Counted from the whole stretch's first letter, positions 25,024 through 38,200 are shown. The stretch: DNA of 63,389 bases, filler included, from Vannella sp. (GCA_023345925.1; 6 parts of 6 records of this genome joined end to end with filler, not necessarily neighbours in it), one strand, 5' to 3'. Notes: a model not told the origin generated them from the sequence alone. Numbers and translations: made by a program.

Positions 25024-25792
25024 ATGGATCTGTCACATTCTTATGTTGATGAGGAGGAATCAGTTGAGTTCGAACTTGTGGAGGATCCCCGAGGTCCACT
25101 GAAGCAACTTGGGCCTCCTCTTGCGGCTCTTCCTCCGTCTCCTGTCCTCTCGTATAGCCAACTGGATCTTCCAGATCCTGAAGAGGGCCCTTTCGACCTT
25201 CTCACATGGTAAGAGAGTCTCCTAGGATCAAACCTTCCCAATCGCTCACGTTCCTTTGCAGTTGCCACTGTTTACAACGAATGGACTCGATCATCATGCT
25301 TATCACAGAAGCTGGTGCATGCGGTAAGTCTCCCCACTAGTGCAAGGGGCTCAACTCGACAAGCAAATGCTCATTTCCCCTCGAAAGATCACAACATCTG
25401 CGGCGATTGCGCGAGGGCTCTTCGCCATTCTGCCGACGAAAGAGGGAAGGAACACTTTGAGTGTCCTCGCTGTCATAAGACTATCCTTGTGGCCTGTGAG
25501 AACCGGCCTGCAATGGATCTCTTGAAGCGAATGGAGGACGCCTCTGTCAGTCCCAGGCAGTTGAAACAGCTGGAAGAACAGAATAAGTCGCTCCAAGAGG
25601 CTCTGCAGGCGCAGGAGAGCCAGCACCAGGAGCTCACAAGAAGGCATCAAATGCAGAAGGATCAATTGACCCAAACTCTCACTCAAGAGCGCGAGGAAAA
25701 GGCTGCTCTCGAAAGCCGCATGCAACAGATCACTTTTGCACATGAAGCTTTCAAAACGAAGAGCGCAGAGATCACTGAGCAGCTCCGGGGGC
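25024..25792 (+). CDS. RING-finger (C3HC4) plus coiled-coil protein, 3'-truncated
   Basis: Spliced LTCCHC...ACDHNICGDC...FECPRC..ENR followed by a Q/E-rich coiled coil. Confidence 0.78.
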
Positions 25793-25892
25793 NNNNNNNN
25801 NNNNNNNNNNNNNNNNNNNNNNNNNNNNNNNNNNNNTTAATTAATTAANNNNNNNNNNNNNNNNNNNNNNNNNNNNNNNNNNNNNNNNNNNN
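25793..25892. other. Artificial contig linker
   Basis: N44-TTAATTAATTAA-N44. Confidence 0.98.
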
Positions 25893-26043
25893 GCGGAACC
25901 CGGAAGTTACCGGTGGTTCCTGATTGGACATTTTGACAGAGACCGCCTTAGTCAGTAGAGGGAGGACATGTCCTGTAGATTATTCGCGTGCAGACTTGTT
26001 CAATATCTGCCTTAGTTGTGTTTAAGCTCCATGGATCAACGAT

Positions 26044-29000
26044 TTAGCGGAACAAGTCATCCATAATGAGTCCACCAATTTCCTTAATTTGTTGGAAAGT
26101 GGCATGCTTGAGATCGAGGGTGTTTTGCAGCTCATTATGAAGGAAGCGCGAGGGAAACCGGACTAAATGACCTTGAATCTTAGATTTCAGAGAGTCAAAG
26201 AGAGGGGTGGCCGACACCATGCCAGATAGCTGGATTTCAGAATAAGCTGCAAGATACTGTTTGATTGTTAGTGCTTCTGCTTCAGGTATTGAATCTTCAA
26301 AAAGCTTGACGTAAGTCGAAGTGTTCTGGGCTGCAATGTCCTTCCAACGAGGGAGATCTTCCAATGCCAGTTCATTCAACTCCTGTGGGTCAGCAATGCC
26401 CATATGCTCTGCCCAAAGCCTTTTTCGTAACTGAGAAGCTTGCTTCCGGTCGAAAAATACAACCGCAATCTCACTATCTCTATCTCCCAGCATACTGGAT
26501 CAATTGTTAGCTCTTTTCTCCGCGCTCACTGTTGAGCTTACCTTCTTTCATTAATATTGGCAGAGCCGCAGATAACGTAAGTATCGGTTATCATTAGCTT
26601 TGTGTGGACGTAGATCATTTCAGTGACGATTCGTCCATTCAGCTCGTCCCAGTTCCTGAGAGCATAGAACGAGATAAAGTCACTAGGAGATAGCAATGTT
26701 CCTCGTGTAAGAAGTCGTAGCTGCTCTTCAATATGCATAATTGTGCGTTGTTGCCAAGAATAAATCCGCTGTAGACCTGCGTCTCCTATCAAGTCACCTT
26801 CTGGATGAATAGGAAGAAGGATAATGACGTGAAACGGTAAGTTATGAGTGAATGCTTGCCTGATTCGGTCCAAAATAGCTTCGGATATCTTCATCTTGCC
26901 GTCTGGGGGAGAGATAAAGAACTGATTCTCGATGTAAATGAATGTTTCCGCAGACGCTATGCAGTGCAAGTATGCCTCATAAATGGAGGTCTCAACAGTT
27001 GAATTGAGAGACCAACCACCAATTGATCGTACGACTTGACAAAAAGATGCTTTTGGAGGGTTAGGGAAGGGTCCTACAGGAGGGCGAGCAGGAAGAGGGA
27101 GAACTCGTTTTGGCAACAAGAAGTTCCATCTTTGCACAAAATTCAGGGCGACATCCATGGCTGCGGGTCCTTCCACACGGCAGGTGACGTCGTGCCAAGG
27201 CATTCTGGGGTGAATGGAGCGGTCCAATTGGCTGTACTCCACAAAAGATTCGTCATTCTTGTCGTCATTGTCAGACACTATCCGGGGATTATAATAGTCT
27301 CTGCCAGGAAAGTTCACTTGGACGTGGCAGCGATCAGTCAAGGGGTGAGAGCTCTTGTCCCAGCGGTGCAGGCAGATATCTAGCCCTCCAACAAAAGCAA
27401 TAGCATCGTCGACTACAATAGATTTTTGGTGATGACTCCAGGCCATAAACTGTCCCATAGACGACGCGTGGTGCTCGATATGAATGTTTGCATGAAGATT
27501 GTCCAAATACTTTCGAGTGAAGTTGCTCTTGATGGGAATGATGCTATCAGGGCTATCCCAAATCAAAATATAAATCCCCACACCATGCTCAGCCCGGTCT
27601 TTGAGAAGTTTGTCCAATCGGCATTCGATAATCTCTTTGGGAGTCCCCTCTCGCAGCATGTAGTAGTTTGGCGTCAGCCACCAACCAGTTATAAATATAG
27701 AGTGCTTTGCAGAGCGCATAACTTCTGTCATTGCTGCGAATATCTCCTCGCCATCAATGTAAAATTGACCAAGCCCCTCTCTGTGCGGTGCGAAGCTCTG
27801 GAAAGGGGCATGATGGACTTCTCCAGGCCTCGCATCTTCCATCAGTAGTTGCAGTAGCTTGGGATCTTGCTTAGCAAGATGCATTGGGGTTTGACCTTCA
27901 ATATTAGCCAAAACCTGAGCTCCTTTGGATATGAGTAAGTTCATCGTCTGCTTATTACCATTGATAGAAGCAGAGTGAAGTGCAGTGGATCCATAGCGAT
28001 CCTGAGCATTCAAATTGCAAGGATGAATGAGACTTTCCAAGATTGCCGTAGAGCAGTTGATTCTGGAGGCATAATGAAGCGCAAATTTGCCGTTTCTGTA
28101 ATTCACTTGAGTGATGGATGCTCCATTATCTAACAACGAGCGAATAATGTGCTCCGCTCCGTTGTTTGAGGCTAAATGCAGAGCAGTCATTCCATCAATA
28201 TTACACAAATTGACACCTCCAGAACCACAGAGATAGGATACAAGCTTGGTGGAGACTTTGTCCTTGGCTGAAAGCTGCCCACTGGTCAACAAATGCAGGG
28301 CTGTGTTATCTTGAGGACCATCCCGAGCATAAACCAGATCATTTGAGCTCTCAAGTAGTTTGAGGGCTTTGGATCTCTTGTTAGTATTGACATATTTGAA
28401 GAAATTGCTTGATTTTTCTCTGTAGGTCATGAATGCACTGTTTCCTGACTCGTAGAAGGCCAGGCTAAAGTCAAGCTCCTCTTCTCCTAGCTGATGAAGT
28501 ACAACTGATTGCAATTTTACAGAAGGAGAGTAAGACAAGAAGCTTTTCTCGAATAGGAGAAGAGTGCAGATAGTTTGTACATCGAAAGAAGGCACGTATG
28601 GGATGAGGCATCGAATGACGTGAAGAAGAGAAGCAGCAACAGACCACCTTCGGTTTGTCACAAGATAAGCCACTAAAAAGGAGCATCCCAGAGGAGAGCG
28701 ATGAACAAGAATCGGTTTACACTGCGCTTGAATACCATCTAAAGCTTTGAAGAACTCCCTTTCGGGATCAGCCGAAGCTCCAATATGAAGGTATTCAAAG
28801 TAACTTCGATTTTCAACTCCGTCTAAAGGAGTTCTACTCGCATTCAATAGGATTCGAGCTTTCAACCAGCAAGGAGATGTGTCTTGAGAGAAGAACTTTT
28901 CTCTCGCACCCAATTCAACGGGCGGTTCCAGCTCCATCTCTTTCTTAAGATACAGACTTGCATCGCCAAAGTACAAAAGATCTGCAATGATCTCATGCAC

Positions 29001-30402
29001 AGCTGCTTCAGCAGAAATTGTCAGAGGAGGTCGGGTTGTTGGGCCAGTTGTCTCCGAGGGCACCTTCTCCGCTTTCCTTCTTCCTAGTACAGAACTGCGG
29101 GGGATTTCTACCTCTGGAGTAGGCACATAATGACTGCTTGGAATTGCATATTCACCGTGGTCCCCAACAAGAGCATCGAACCCACCTATGACCCGCAATT
29201 AAGCTTCAACACTATTCCAACAGTATAGTGACTTACGTTCGACCACACAGACGTGGAATGTAGTCGCATTTGCTGGCTTTTCTTCAGTCTGAAGGTGTAA
29301 AGACTTTTCAATGATGCGAATAGCACGGCGGAGAAGCTTTCTGATGCGCCGGAACTCAAAAAAGGAGGTCATTCGATGCTTGGTGTAGTAATAGAAGATG
29401 AATACGTGCGTCATCTCCAGCATAAGAGAGTATTGAAGAATGGAATCGATGTGTACTTCTAAAAGGAGCTTACTGACATGCTTAGAGCTTTGCTCAGCCT
29501 CCCCAGTGGCCATGAGAGTGCTGGCGGGAACGTTGATGGCGTGGTGGATGTGGCTTTTGGCGTAATCTTCTCTCTCTCGCATGTCTAGCAGCGTGACGTG
29601 AGGGTCACAGAGATCTACATGGTCTACACGCTCTAACTCTTCGTGATACTTGTCCTTGATCATCTTGACCAGCCGTTGGTTGTATTCGTTCACTCCTACG
29701 CGCTTAATCTGACCCAATCTGTTACGTAGTCGACCTCTGCCACTACCATGCTCCGTTTTGCCCTTGTGGGAGGTCTTAAGGAGGTCGCTCTCGCTGTTTT
29801 GAGGAAGAAGGAGCATGGATCCGCCTCTTGTGCGATGGCGGGAGACCTCTGGACTCTGTGGAGATACGAACAGAGTATCTAAGGCACCTTCTGGATGGTC
29901 AGCCTCACTCTCCTCCAAAGGAAACGCTTCAGGCATCGACTCTCGCCGAAAGACTTCTGGAAGGGGCTCACGAGGAGGGGACAAGCTCTCCTGTTGGAAC
30001 TCTAAAGAGGGCTCCGAGCTGTGACTACTCCTGTTCGTGGGAATGACCGAGAGCTCCGAGAACTCCGCGTCGTCCCCCAAACTGAGCGTATCTTCGATGG
30101 GGATCTCCATAGAAGCTCCCAAACTCGGCCTAGCCTTTGGCTTCCGCAAGTAGATCAACGTCTTACTTGTTTGCACTTCGCTCTTGCTCTCGAGCGGCTC
30201 TGGAGACATCCCTGTATGAGGGAAGAGCGTCCTCCTTCTCATGTCCGCCCTTAAATGATCCATCATTACGAAGAGAGGATGATCTTGACCTCCAAAAGCG
30301 GGTTTCCTGGCCATTCTGGTCATTGCTTGCATCGTTCAAGGGCATGGAGGACCCCTCAATGCTCTTCCGCTGGTTCTCCTCTCCTGCGTTGGCTGGTGCC
30401 AT
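26044..30402 (-). CDS. Phospholipase D with N-terminal rhodanese-like domain and ankyrin repeats, multi-exon
   Basis: HKD motifs SHHQKSIVVD and YVHTKLMITD..GSANINERS, RMPWHD, YIENQFF; ankyrin TALH repeats; LLDMR..DYAKSHIHHAINVP rhodanese; start uncertain. Confidence 0.9.
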
Positions 30403-30462
30403 TGCCTGAGAGGTGTTGAAGTCATGAAGTGTTTCCACTTGTAGTGAAGCTGGTCCGTGGAC

Positions 30463-31515
30463 TCAGCAGTCTCCACGCCGCCAGGGATGACTCCGTCTTT
30501 CTTTGTGTGCTCGGGAACACGCCCAAGTAAAGAGTGGACTGCTTACGGACGATAGCCACAGTAGTAAACCATCATCATAGAGAATCTGCGAAGGATAGCC
30601 AAGCAGAAGGGCGTCTCAGGGAACGCCCGAAAGTTGCAGACAACTTTGGGAGATCTCCTTGGACCGGTAGAAGTGAGGATCATTACCTCTTGCCTGTCCA
30701 AGTCCAGTTCAAACTAGAAGATACGCTCATGCACATGCACGCGCGCTGTCTCAGAGGAGCACATCTGACTGGAATCTCTTCATTACCCAGACCGAAGAAC
30801 TTCATGCTGGGAATCTGTCTGCTAAAAAGAAAGGGCAAGAATGAACGACTTTGAAAGACCGCACTGACACACGGTACTTGCGGTCACTTGCGGAGCTGAT
30901 CCCAAAATAGCTCCCCAAAAGTCCCTTTTTTGGTAGTCTATGGGAGTCGGTGATGGAGGAGGTTTTTGCTCATTCATTACCTGGTGGTTGCTAATGGCGT
31001 CTATTACAACCATTCCTGCTTTGTTGGAGGAGCGTATCTTTCCAAGGAAGGGAGTTTGTGAGCCAACGAAGAAAGTGGAACGGTTCTTTGAGGAGTACTT
31101 TCGCAAACATCCGCTCTCACGCGAAGAGCTCCTCGAAGTTCAGAGACAGAAGAGGCTGGAACTACCTCCCCGAAGAACTCGGTCTGTTGGAAGAACTGCC
31201 ACTCGAACAGTGACTGTTGGTGTTCGCTCGCAGTCAGATGAGGTTTAGCTCGGCCCTCTGAGGAGTCCTAGCAGGCTTTCCGTTACTCCTTCTAGTAAAT
31301 AGTGTTACACTGTAATTCGTCTCTCCTGTGCATCTCTCTCTTGTGCGTGAAGCTGAGGACACTTCCTTTGCACCTCGTCCCTTGCTAATCAATTCAAGAG
31401 AGGCTGCTGGTATCTCGTTGAGATGAATGAGCTTTGATAGCTCTTTATAGGAGAGGGAAGCTCATTAAGTACAGCAACGCACTTTGGCGTTGTGAGCTCT
31501 CAAGACAACGCTCAT
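30463..31515 (-). CDS. Unresolved small multi-exon hypothetical gene
   Basis: Several gt..ag bounded open segments (e.g. FFQQTEFFGE, STFF/IRSSNKAGMVVIDA, FELDLDRQEV..YYCGYRP); I could not assemble a unique exon chain. Confidence 0.3.
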
Positions 31516-31547
31516 AGCCAAAATCAGTTCTCACTTGATCCTATCAA

Positions 31548-33854
31548 CTAGCCTTCTTTAGTTGGCTGGACCCAGCATTGAGCAACCTCGTATTTGCATC
31601 GTACTGGGATGGTTGGAGTGATCTGCGCCATGCTTTCACATATAATTTCCACACATTGCGCAGTTGACTGCTCTTGGTCGTCGAGTGGAATTTCGATGAT
31701 AAACTCATCATGAATGAATGCTACCGTTCTTGAGAATTCATTAGAATGCGACGTAACAACTCTCCCGTCAATCCTACCGAAAACCAGCATACTCTAAAGC
31801 CCAAAGCGCCAATTTAGCCCCATCAGCAGCCAAACCAGAAAGTCCAGAGTTGTTGTGAACAGTCCAATCCACTCCCATTCGTATTCTTCCGGTAAGAGTG
31901 CACATACTGTGTGCACTTATGGAGGACGAAACACGGGTTCCACCCCTATTCTATGAAAGTCAGATTCCTCCATAAGATTCTAACGTACTCTCTCATATGC
32001 CTCTTCAAGGAGGTCAGTTAGATCACGATTACGATTCAAATTCACCAAAGCTTTCCACAACTGCCTTTCCCATTGAATAGGATTTTTGGTCCGCCCACGA
32101 AGAACCGCACTTATCATTGCGACGGTCTTTTTGTTGAAAACTGAGCCTCGAGGAAAAGTGCATTTGCGGATGAAGTCCTTTCGGTTGCACCCCAGATTCC
32201 GGATCCAAAGGGAAACCTGGTCGTGGTATTGATAAAGACGCATCTCAGGATAGATTTGCTGAACCAATTTCGATTTGAACGCGCGCACTTGACTCTCAGT
32301 GATTGGCATATGGACGGTAGACTGGATTTCAGCGACCAGCTTCTTTGGACCGATCCCACAAAGAATGGCAAAGTTTAAAAACTTGGCCAAGGAGCGCTGT
32401 TGCTCATAATGCTGCGGATTTGTATCTTTCAACTCAATGAATTCGGAAAGAGTTGTGTCAGAGAAGTGTGCGGCGGTAAAGCAATGCGGATCAACATTAT
32501 CTCGTATCACTCGGGCCAACATACTGTACTGAAACTTGAACTCTGCGATAGACGCGAAAGTACAAAGCTCTATGTACTTGTAGTCAATAATGAGGAAAGA
32601 ATAACCTTCCCTGGGGACGTAGAGGGAACGAAAATCCGGCTCTCGAGGAGTCACTTGGATGTTTGGATCTGCACAGCCGACTCGCCCATTCACAAGGAGA
32701 TACTTCCATGCGGGGTGCGCCTCTGGAGCGAAAGATTGCAAATGCCGTGCAGTATTTAACTGAGTGAGCGTTCTTTCATAGTCCAGCCAAGCATCAAGGA
32801 AAGGATGAAGATTGCGATAAATCTCCCATTGAGACGTATTCATCCGTCCTTTGCTATCTTTGTCCACTGTAAATGATATCAAACAATCAGGAGAGGACGC
32901 TAACTCGCTCTTGATGGCAATTAAAACCTCTTTCAATCTCTCTCGATTGATAGCAGGAGCACCCAAATCGTCGCAAACAAGTTCACCAAGCATATCGATT
33001 TGAAAAAGACCTCTGCTGTATGGTAAAATATCCATCAGACGACGAGAAGCTTCGTGAATACGGAGCAAAAGCTTCTCTTGTAAAGAATCTAAGCGTTGGG
33101 TGTCCATGGCGATACCACGACGGCTCATATTCATCAAAGCAATCTTAATTTTAACTTGGATAATGTCTGTGAGAAGGCCAAACTTCTCTTTGGCACATGG
33201 CATCATCTCATTGGCAAACACGTCCATTATCTTCTCGGAGAGGGTGCTCAGTCGCTTCCAGGCGATCCATATACCTTGAGTCTCCGTAGTTATCATCTCT
33301 TGTATGCACTCTTCATCTGTAGACTCCGTCTCTTCGCCATCTCCTTCAAGTTGAACCCGATTGGAACGATATTTGGCTAAAGTGGGCGCTAGCTTGACAT
33401 CGGTAAGGCGGTAGATGAGATCGGAGACAGCTTCGAATACAAGTGAAGGTTCTATCATGTTGTATAATCTCCCCAATGCTTCCAGATCGCGAAAGCGGCC
33501 TTGTTCGACCTCCTCCCACAAAGACTCTTCATCCTCACGATCAAGAGCACATCTCAATGATTCAAAGAGTAAGTGGGACTCATATGAAACCCAGATCGCT
33601 CCCAAATGGGCCCGAAAGAACGACTTGATGTTGTCACAACGAACGAGAAAGTTCTCACTACCTGCGGAGACTCCCCAAACCTCGCTAGCATTGGCTCCAT
33701 AGAGCGTATGGAGAGAGTTCCTTATCGCAAGTAACTGGCCCCTTCCTGTGCAGGCCCCATCCTCTGCTTTCCACTCCGTAAAACCTCCAAAGCTGACCGA
33801 CCCCGCCAAACCAACGCAAAATAAAAAGACTTCCCCAGTCGTAGGCATCCCCAC
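31548..33854 (-). CDS. Family A DNA polymerase, divergent organellar/phage-like type, two introns (31951-31988, 31729-31777)
   Basis: NGRVGCADPNIQ, motif A IIDYKYIELCT, DPHCFTAA, motif B RSLAKFLNF, TLTGRIR, GLAADGAKLALW, motif C AFIHDEF. Confidence 0.9.
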
Positions 33855-33889
33855 ACCAATGGATCTTCTTGATACAATCCCTTCTGAAG

Positions 33890-34380
33890 TTGTCCGACTG
33901 CTCGTCAGAAGACAGAGGCTCCGATTATCCTCACTGGTGCATCAGCCATAAACAAGCTGTTGGGCAAGAAAGTTAACAGCTCGAATGTGCAGTTGGGTGG
34001 TCTCCAAGTGATGATGATCGAGGCTTGCAAGGACCAGTTCTCGATCTTCTTGACCCATTCCATTGACAGAGATATCCAATTCATGCCCAGCAAGACTTCT
34101 TACAACCCAGTGGACATGCTTGCTGGTGTCACACTTCCATCAGCAGTGTGGGTGAGCGGCTTCTTCGACCAAGGGAGCTTCACAGAAACTTTGGCCGGCT
34201 GGGCCAAGACCGTTAACTACGGCCGAATCTGTCTGGGAGGCATACCGATGAGTGTGATTGCTGTGGAGACGCGCACCGTTGAGAACATCATTCCTGCCGA
34301 CCCAGCCAATGCAGAGTCCCAAGAACGGTTCAAATGAAAGCACTTGGCCTGATAGTGCCAACAAAACCGCTCAAGCGGCC
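33890..34380 (+). pseudogene. Internal fragment of acetyl-CoA carboxylase carboxyltransferase domain
   Basis: QKTEAPIILTGASAINKLLGK..SSNVQLGG, GFFDQGSFTETLAGWAKTV..GR..LGGIPMSVIAVETRTVENIIPADPAN, then frameshifted WPDSANKTAQA; internal deletion, no start, premature stop. Confidence 0.85.
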
Positions 34381-34739
34381 TTACTGTCGTTTCCACCTCC
34401 ACTCTTGTGAACCGACCTTGTTCAGAGTACCAGGCTCTATTCCGCAATCTCACATATCATAACAAGGCTGACCTTTGCCACTATCAATCCCAGCCGTTCC
34501 ATTCGAGTGTATCGATGAAACCGACCAAGTCGCCAAATCAGAAGCTGAGAAGGTCTCTTCTCAGAAAACTACAGGATGAACCTCCTTTCGCGAGAGGGGT
34601 CCAATATCACTTGTTGGAAGCAGTTGGATTCATAATCAAGCAGGATCAGACAGCGATCTCTTGAAACTGGACAGCTTCGCTGTTTCCATTGTGAATTGCA
34701 CGTTCGTGTAGTCAGCCCTCTTCCCACTCTTCGGATCCC

Positions 34740-35191
34740 GACAATCAGGATTTGAAATCCTGCTCGATTGTGTTGACCGGCAATGTTGATATGGTAGAAA
34801 AGCTAGATATTTCAGTACTTGGAACAAAGGTAACAATTGCTTCAAGGAACAACACGTCATGTCGGGATCAGTGGACCCGCACCGGTCGGCGATTTCCTCG
34901 AAGTTCGCCGACAAGTGACCTACATCAAAACTGCCGCGAACTCAACAGCCTCTCCTCCGTTCCGCAAGGTGACCATCAACTGTCTCGACCCTGCAGATGC
35001 ATCTTTGGGACCCATCGACAGTACAATCACTGTCGTCTCGGTGAATTCTCCCTCGAATCTTGACTTCTCCATCCGATAAGGACTACAGCACTTCCTTTGT
35101 GGAGAACACCGGCCCAGTTCTTCTTCAAACGAACAATGCTGTTGTGCAAGATGATGACAGTTTGATCCTGAAGCAGTGCAATGTCACTATT
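34740..35191 (+). pseudogene. Frameshifted fragment of a cadherin-like/Ig-like repeat surface protein
   Basis: DLKSCSIVL..(shift)..ISGPAPVGDFLEV..QVTY....RKVTINC.D...TITVVSVN.P.LD..(shift)..YSTSFVENTGPV...VQDDDS..LKQCNVTI. Confidence 0.5.
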
Positions 35192-35291
35192 NNNNNNNNN
35201 NNNNNNNNNNNNNNNNNNNNNNNNNNNNNNNNNNNTTAATTAATTAANNNNNNNNNNNNNNNNNNNNNNNNNNNNNNNNNNNNNNNNNNNN
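35192..35291. other. Artificial contig linker
   Basis: N44-TTAATTAATTAA-N44. Confidence 0.98.
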
Positions 35292-38200
35292 GAAGTCATC
35301 GCGGTAGTGTGGGGGGTCGGTCTTCGGAAGCAGGGAATGAAGAAAACTTGGTCCCTCCTCGGCAGATGCAGGAGATGGCTTCGTTAGCCTCTCCTCCTCG
35401 TCCTAGCAAGCCAATCCTGTTGACTTTCTTAGGTCACAGTGATCCATCAGCAACAAAAACGGTCGATCAGCTTCTCCGTACATCTTGGGGAGGGCCTTTA
35501 GGGAAGCTCTATCTCCCAAGCCACTTCCCAGACCCGCTGGAGAAGCTGGTGATCGATAGAATCCTTAAAGCAACTGAAATTAGGAAGCTACATTCACTTC
35601 AGATCCCTGATGCGTTCCTGTTGCCTCCCTGCCCCCATCATTACCAGCCTAACCTTCGATTGCTGCACGGTACAGTATCCGAGGTGGTTGTAACCTTCCC
35701 TAATCTTTCTACTTTGCGCTCAATCCTCTTTCAATTGCACTCTGCCCCTCAGATGGGAGAGCGCCGCCAATTTCTCATGTTTCTGTGGGAACATTTGGTG
35801 GGTTTGGATGTTCTTTCTCGTTTCCACAGCACTCCCCCGTCAACCCCCAACCAAATTATCATCAGAGAGCCCTTGAATTCATTCTTGGGTCAAACTGTAA
35901 GCTTCCAACCATCAGGCAATCCCAATGCTCTTTTGGATCAGGATCGGGCTTCTATTCGACAAGCCCTTTGGTTCATTTATCAAACTATTGGTTGCCTTGC
36001 AGTGAATATCTTCGTTCGCGTGCCTTGTGGCCTTCTTCAAGGCAACTGTGAGATAGGACTTTTGAACTCTGTGTTAGCGGGACAATTGGAGACAAGGCAG
36101 AGACTCATTCAAATACTCAGCTTATCTGAAGCAGTTTTTGTGGCATTAGATGAAAAAGGAAATACTCCAATCTCCTCGCAGGCGTGTTTAGGACTTTCTC
36201 AATATGTGAAGCGATGGAGGACTTCCCCTGGTACATGTTCCTTGGCGTTCCTTCAGCAAGGTTCTTTTCCTGATTATAACACACATTGTTCCCTTCTTCA
36301 AAGTGAGATGGATCGTCTTCTCAGCAAAACAATTCCTCTTCAACAAATAGCAACATTTCCTGTCCAACCTCTCATCTCCTTGCAATCACACGAGAGAGCG
36401 CACGACAGTTTACAACTTCTATTTATCTTATGCATAGTATGGCCCTTGGCTGCGACAGGACTCAAGCTCGGACCAAACACTGCCTATTCATTCACCGAAG
36501 TGAGAGAGCGAATCTGGAGGGAATCTGCTACACTATTGAGTGGTTCTCCCCCCTCGGGAGTTCTCCTTACTATTCAAAGCGTATTTGTGCGGCTATGTTC
36601 TTCTCTGGAGCAGTTCGTCCGCCCGACAATAGGACATTCAATCGGTTCTGATGCGACCATCCGCAGTGTGGAAGAGTATGGCGCTTTATTAGCGGAACAA
36701 TTCCCTCTAATTCTACCTCAAACTTCAGATCTCATTCTCCTTCAGTATCGAGCTTTACTGCAAACTTCCTCACCAGCTATTCAGCATATTAGTTCCCAGC
36801 CTCCCAAACAAGATTTAGCTTCCGGGCGCCACACAATCAGAGATCTAATTCTTCCCTTCCAACATCCAACTACTCTTCTGCGACAAGGACTTCCTGTTCA
36901 AGATTTTGACGAGAGGACGGCAAAGCAGCTCTTCCACCCTCTTGGTAACTACAACCAATCTAAGCTTGTCTTACGAAAGTACATCCAAAGCCTACAACAA
37001 GAATGCCAATTTGTTGTTACTCCGGCTCAAACTGGATCGAACAGCCAATTCCGAGCCTTCGCACTTCAAACCTACGGAACAGAGCAAGCTTGGGGTTTGG
37101 TTAAATTATTAGTGCTCAATGACGTTTTGCAACACGCAGGTACTCGCTATCAGCACCTCTTGGATGCCTCTCTTATCCATCTTTATCTGCACAAACTCAA
37201 CTCCGGAGAACTGGTGGGAGATCATGTCACTCTTTGTGCTTTAGCAAATGTTTACGGAGCGGAAATTCTCATTTACTCTCCCCTCTTTCCTCTTCCCCTT
37301 CGCATCTACCCATGGCAGAGTGGGCAAACTCTCTCTCGCTCCGCGGAGAGAGGGAGCCAAAGAGTCTATTCGCTTTGCTATATTAATGCCCGAGAATATC
37401 TTTCCCTCGTTCCTGCAAACGCAAACTCACCTCCTTTCGAAATGATTTCCCCTCTTCTGGACCTCAACGAGACCGCCAATCCTGCTGCTTCTCTACCTAC
37501 TAGTGCCAAATCTACGGCTCAATACGCGCGCAGGGCGGAGTCCCTTCAGTTCCGCTTTTCTGGAATGGTTCCTCGCCTTGCTGATCGATGCTTAGCAGTA
37601 ATTGTCGAATATGCGGAACTCCTCCCCTCTTTGGAAGGATCTTTACCAGAAGAGCTTGTCCAACAGATTATATCGAGCCTTATTACAAGTGGCCGCTTTT
37701 CTGACGAAATTTTAGCAAACCTATTGGATGACAGCATTCTGAACTTGGATCTCTCTAACAGTAACGCTGTGCGCAACACCACTTGCTTGCTTGTTGCGCA
37801 ACGCTGCTCTCAGTTGCGTTCTTTCTCTCTTTCGTCGTGTTTAAATATTGGGGAAGAAGGACTCTTTGGTCTGGTGAGGGTTGTTGGAAGAACTCTCAAT
37901 CACTTGGATTTATCTGGATGTGCTGGTGTCTCAGACTCTGCCATAGCAACAGTGATCCAATTCTGCCCTAGTTTGCGGAGTATTAACCTCTCTCACTGCC
38001 CAAGAATCACTTCAGAGGGCATTGCCAAGATGTCCCAGCTTCCCTTTTTGGAGACATTGTCATTGAAAGGCTGCCACCAGATCACTGATCCAGTTATGGA
38101 CGTCCTTGGGATTCACTTGATGCAGCTGGACTTATCAGAATGCAACCAATTGACTGATAGAGGCATTGTTAGTGTCATCAGCAAGTCCGGAAACCTGCGC

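Noticed and set aside
31548..33854. Integrated phage, virus or bacterial contaminant
   Set aside because: The polymerase carries two host-type spliceosomal introns and no capsid, integrase or other viral genes flank it
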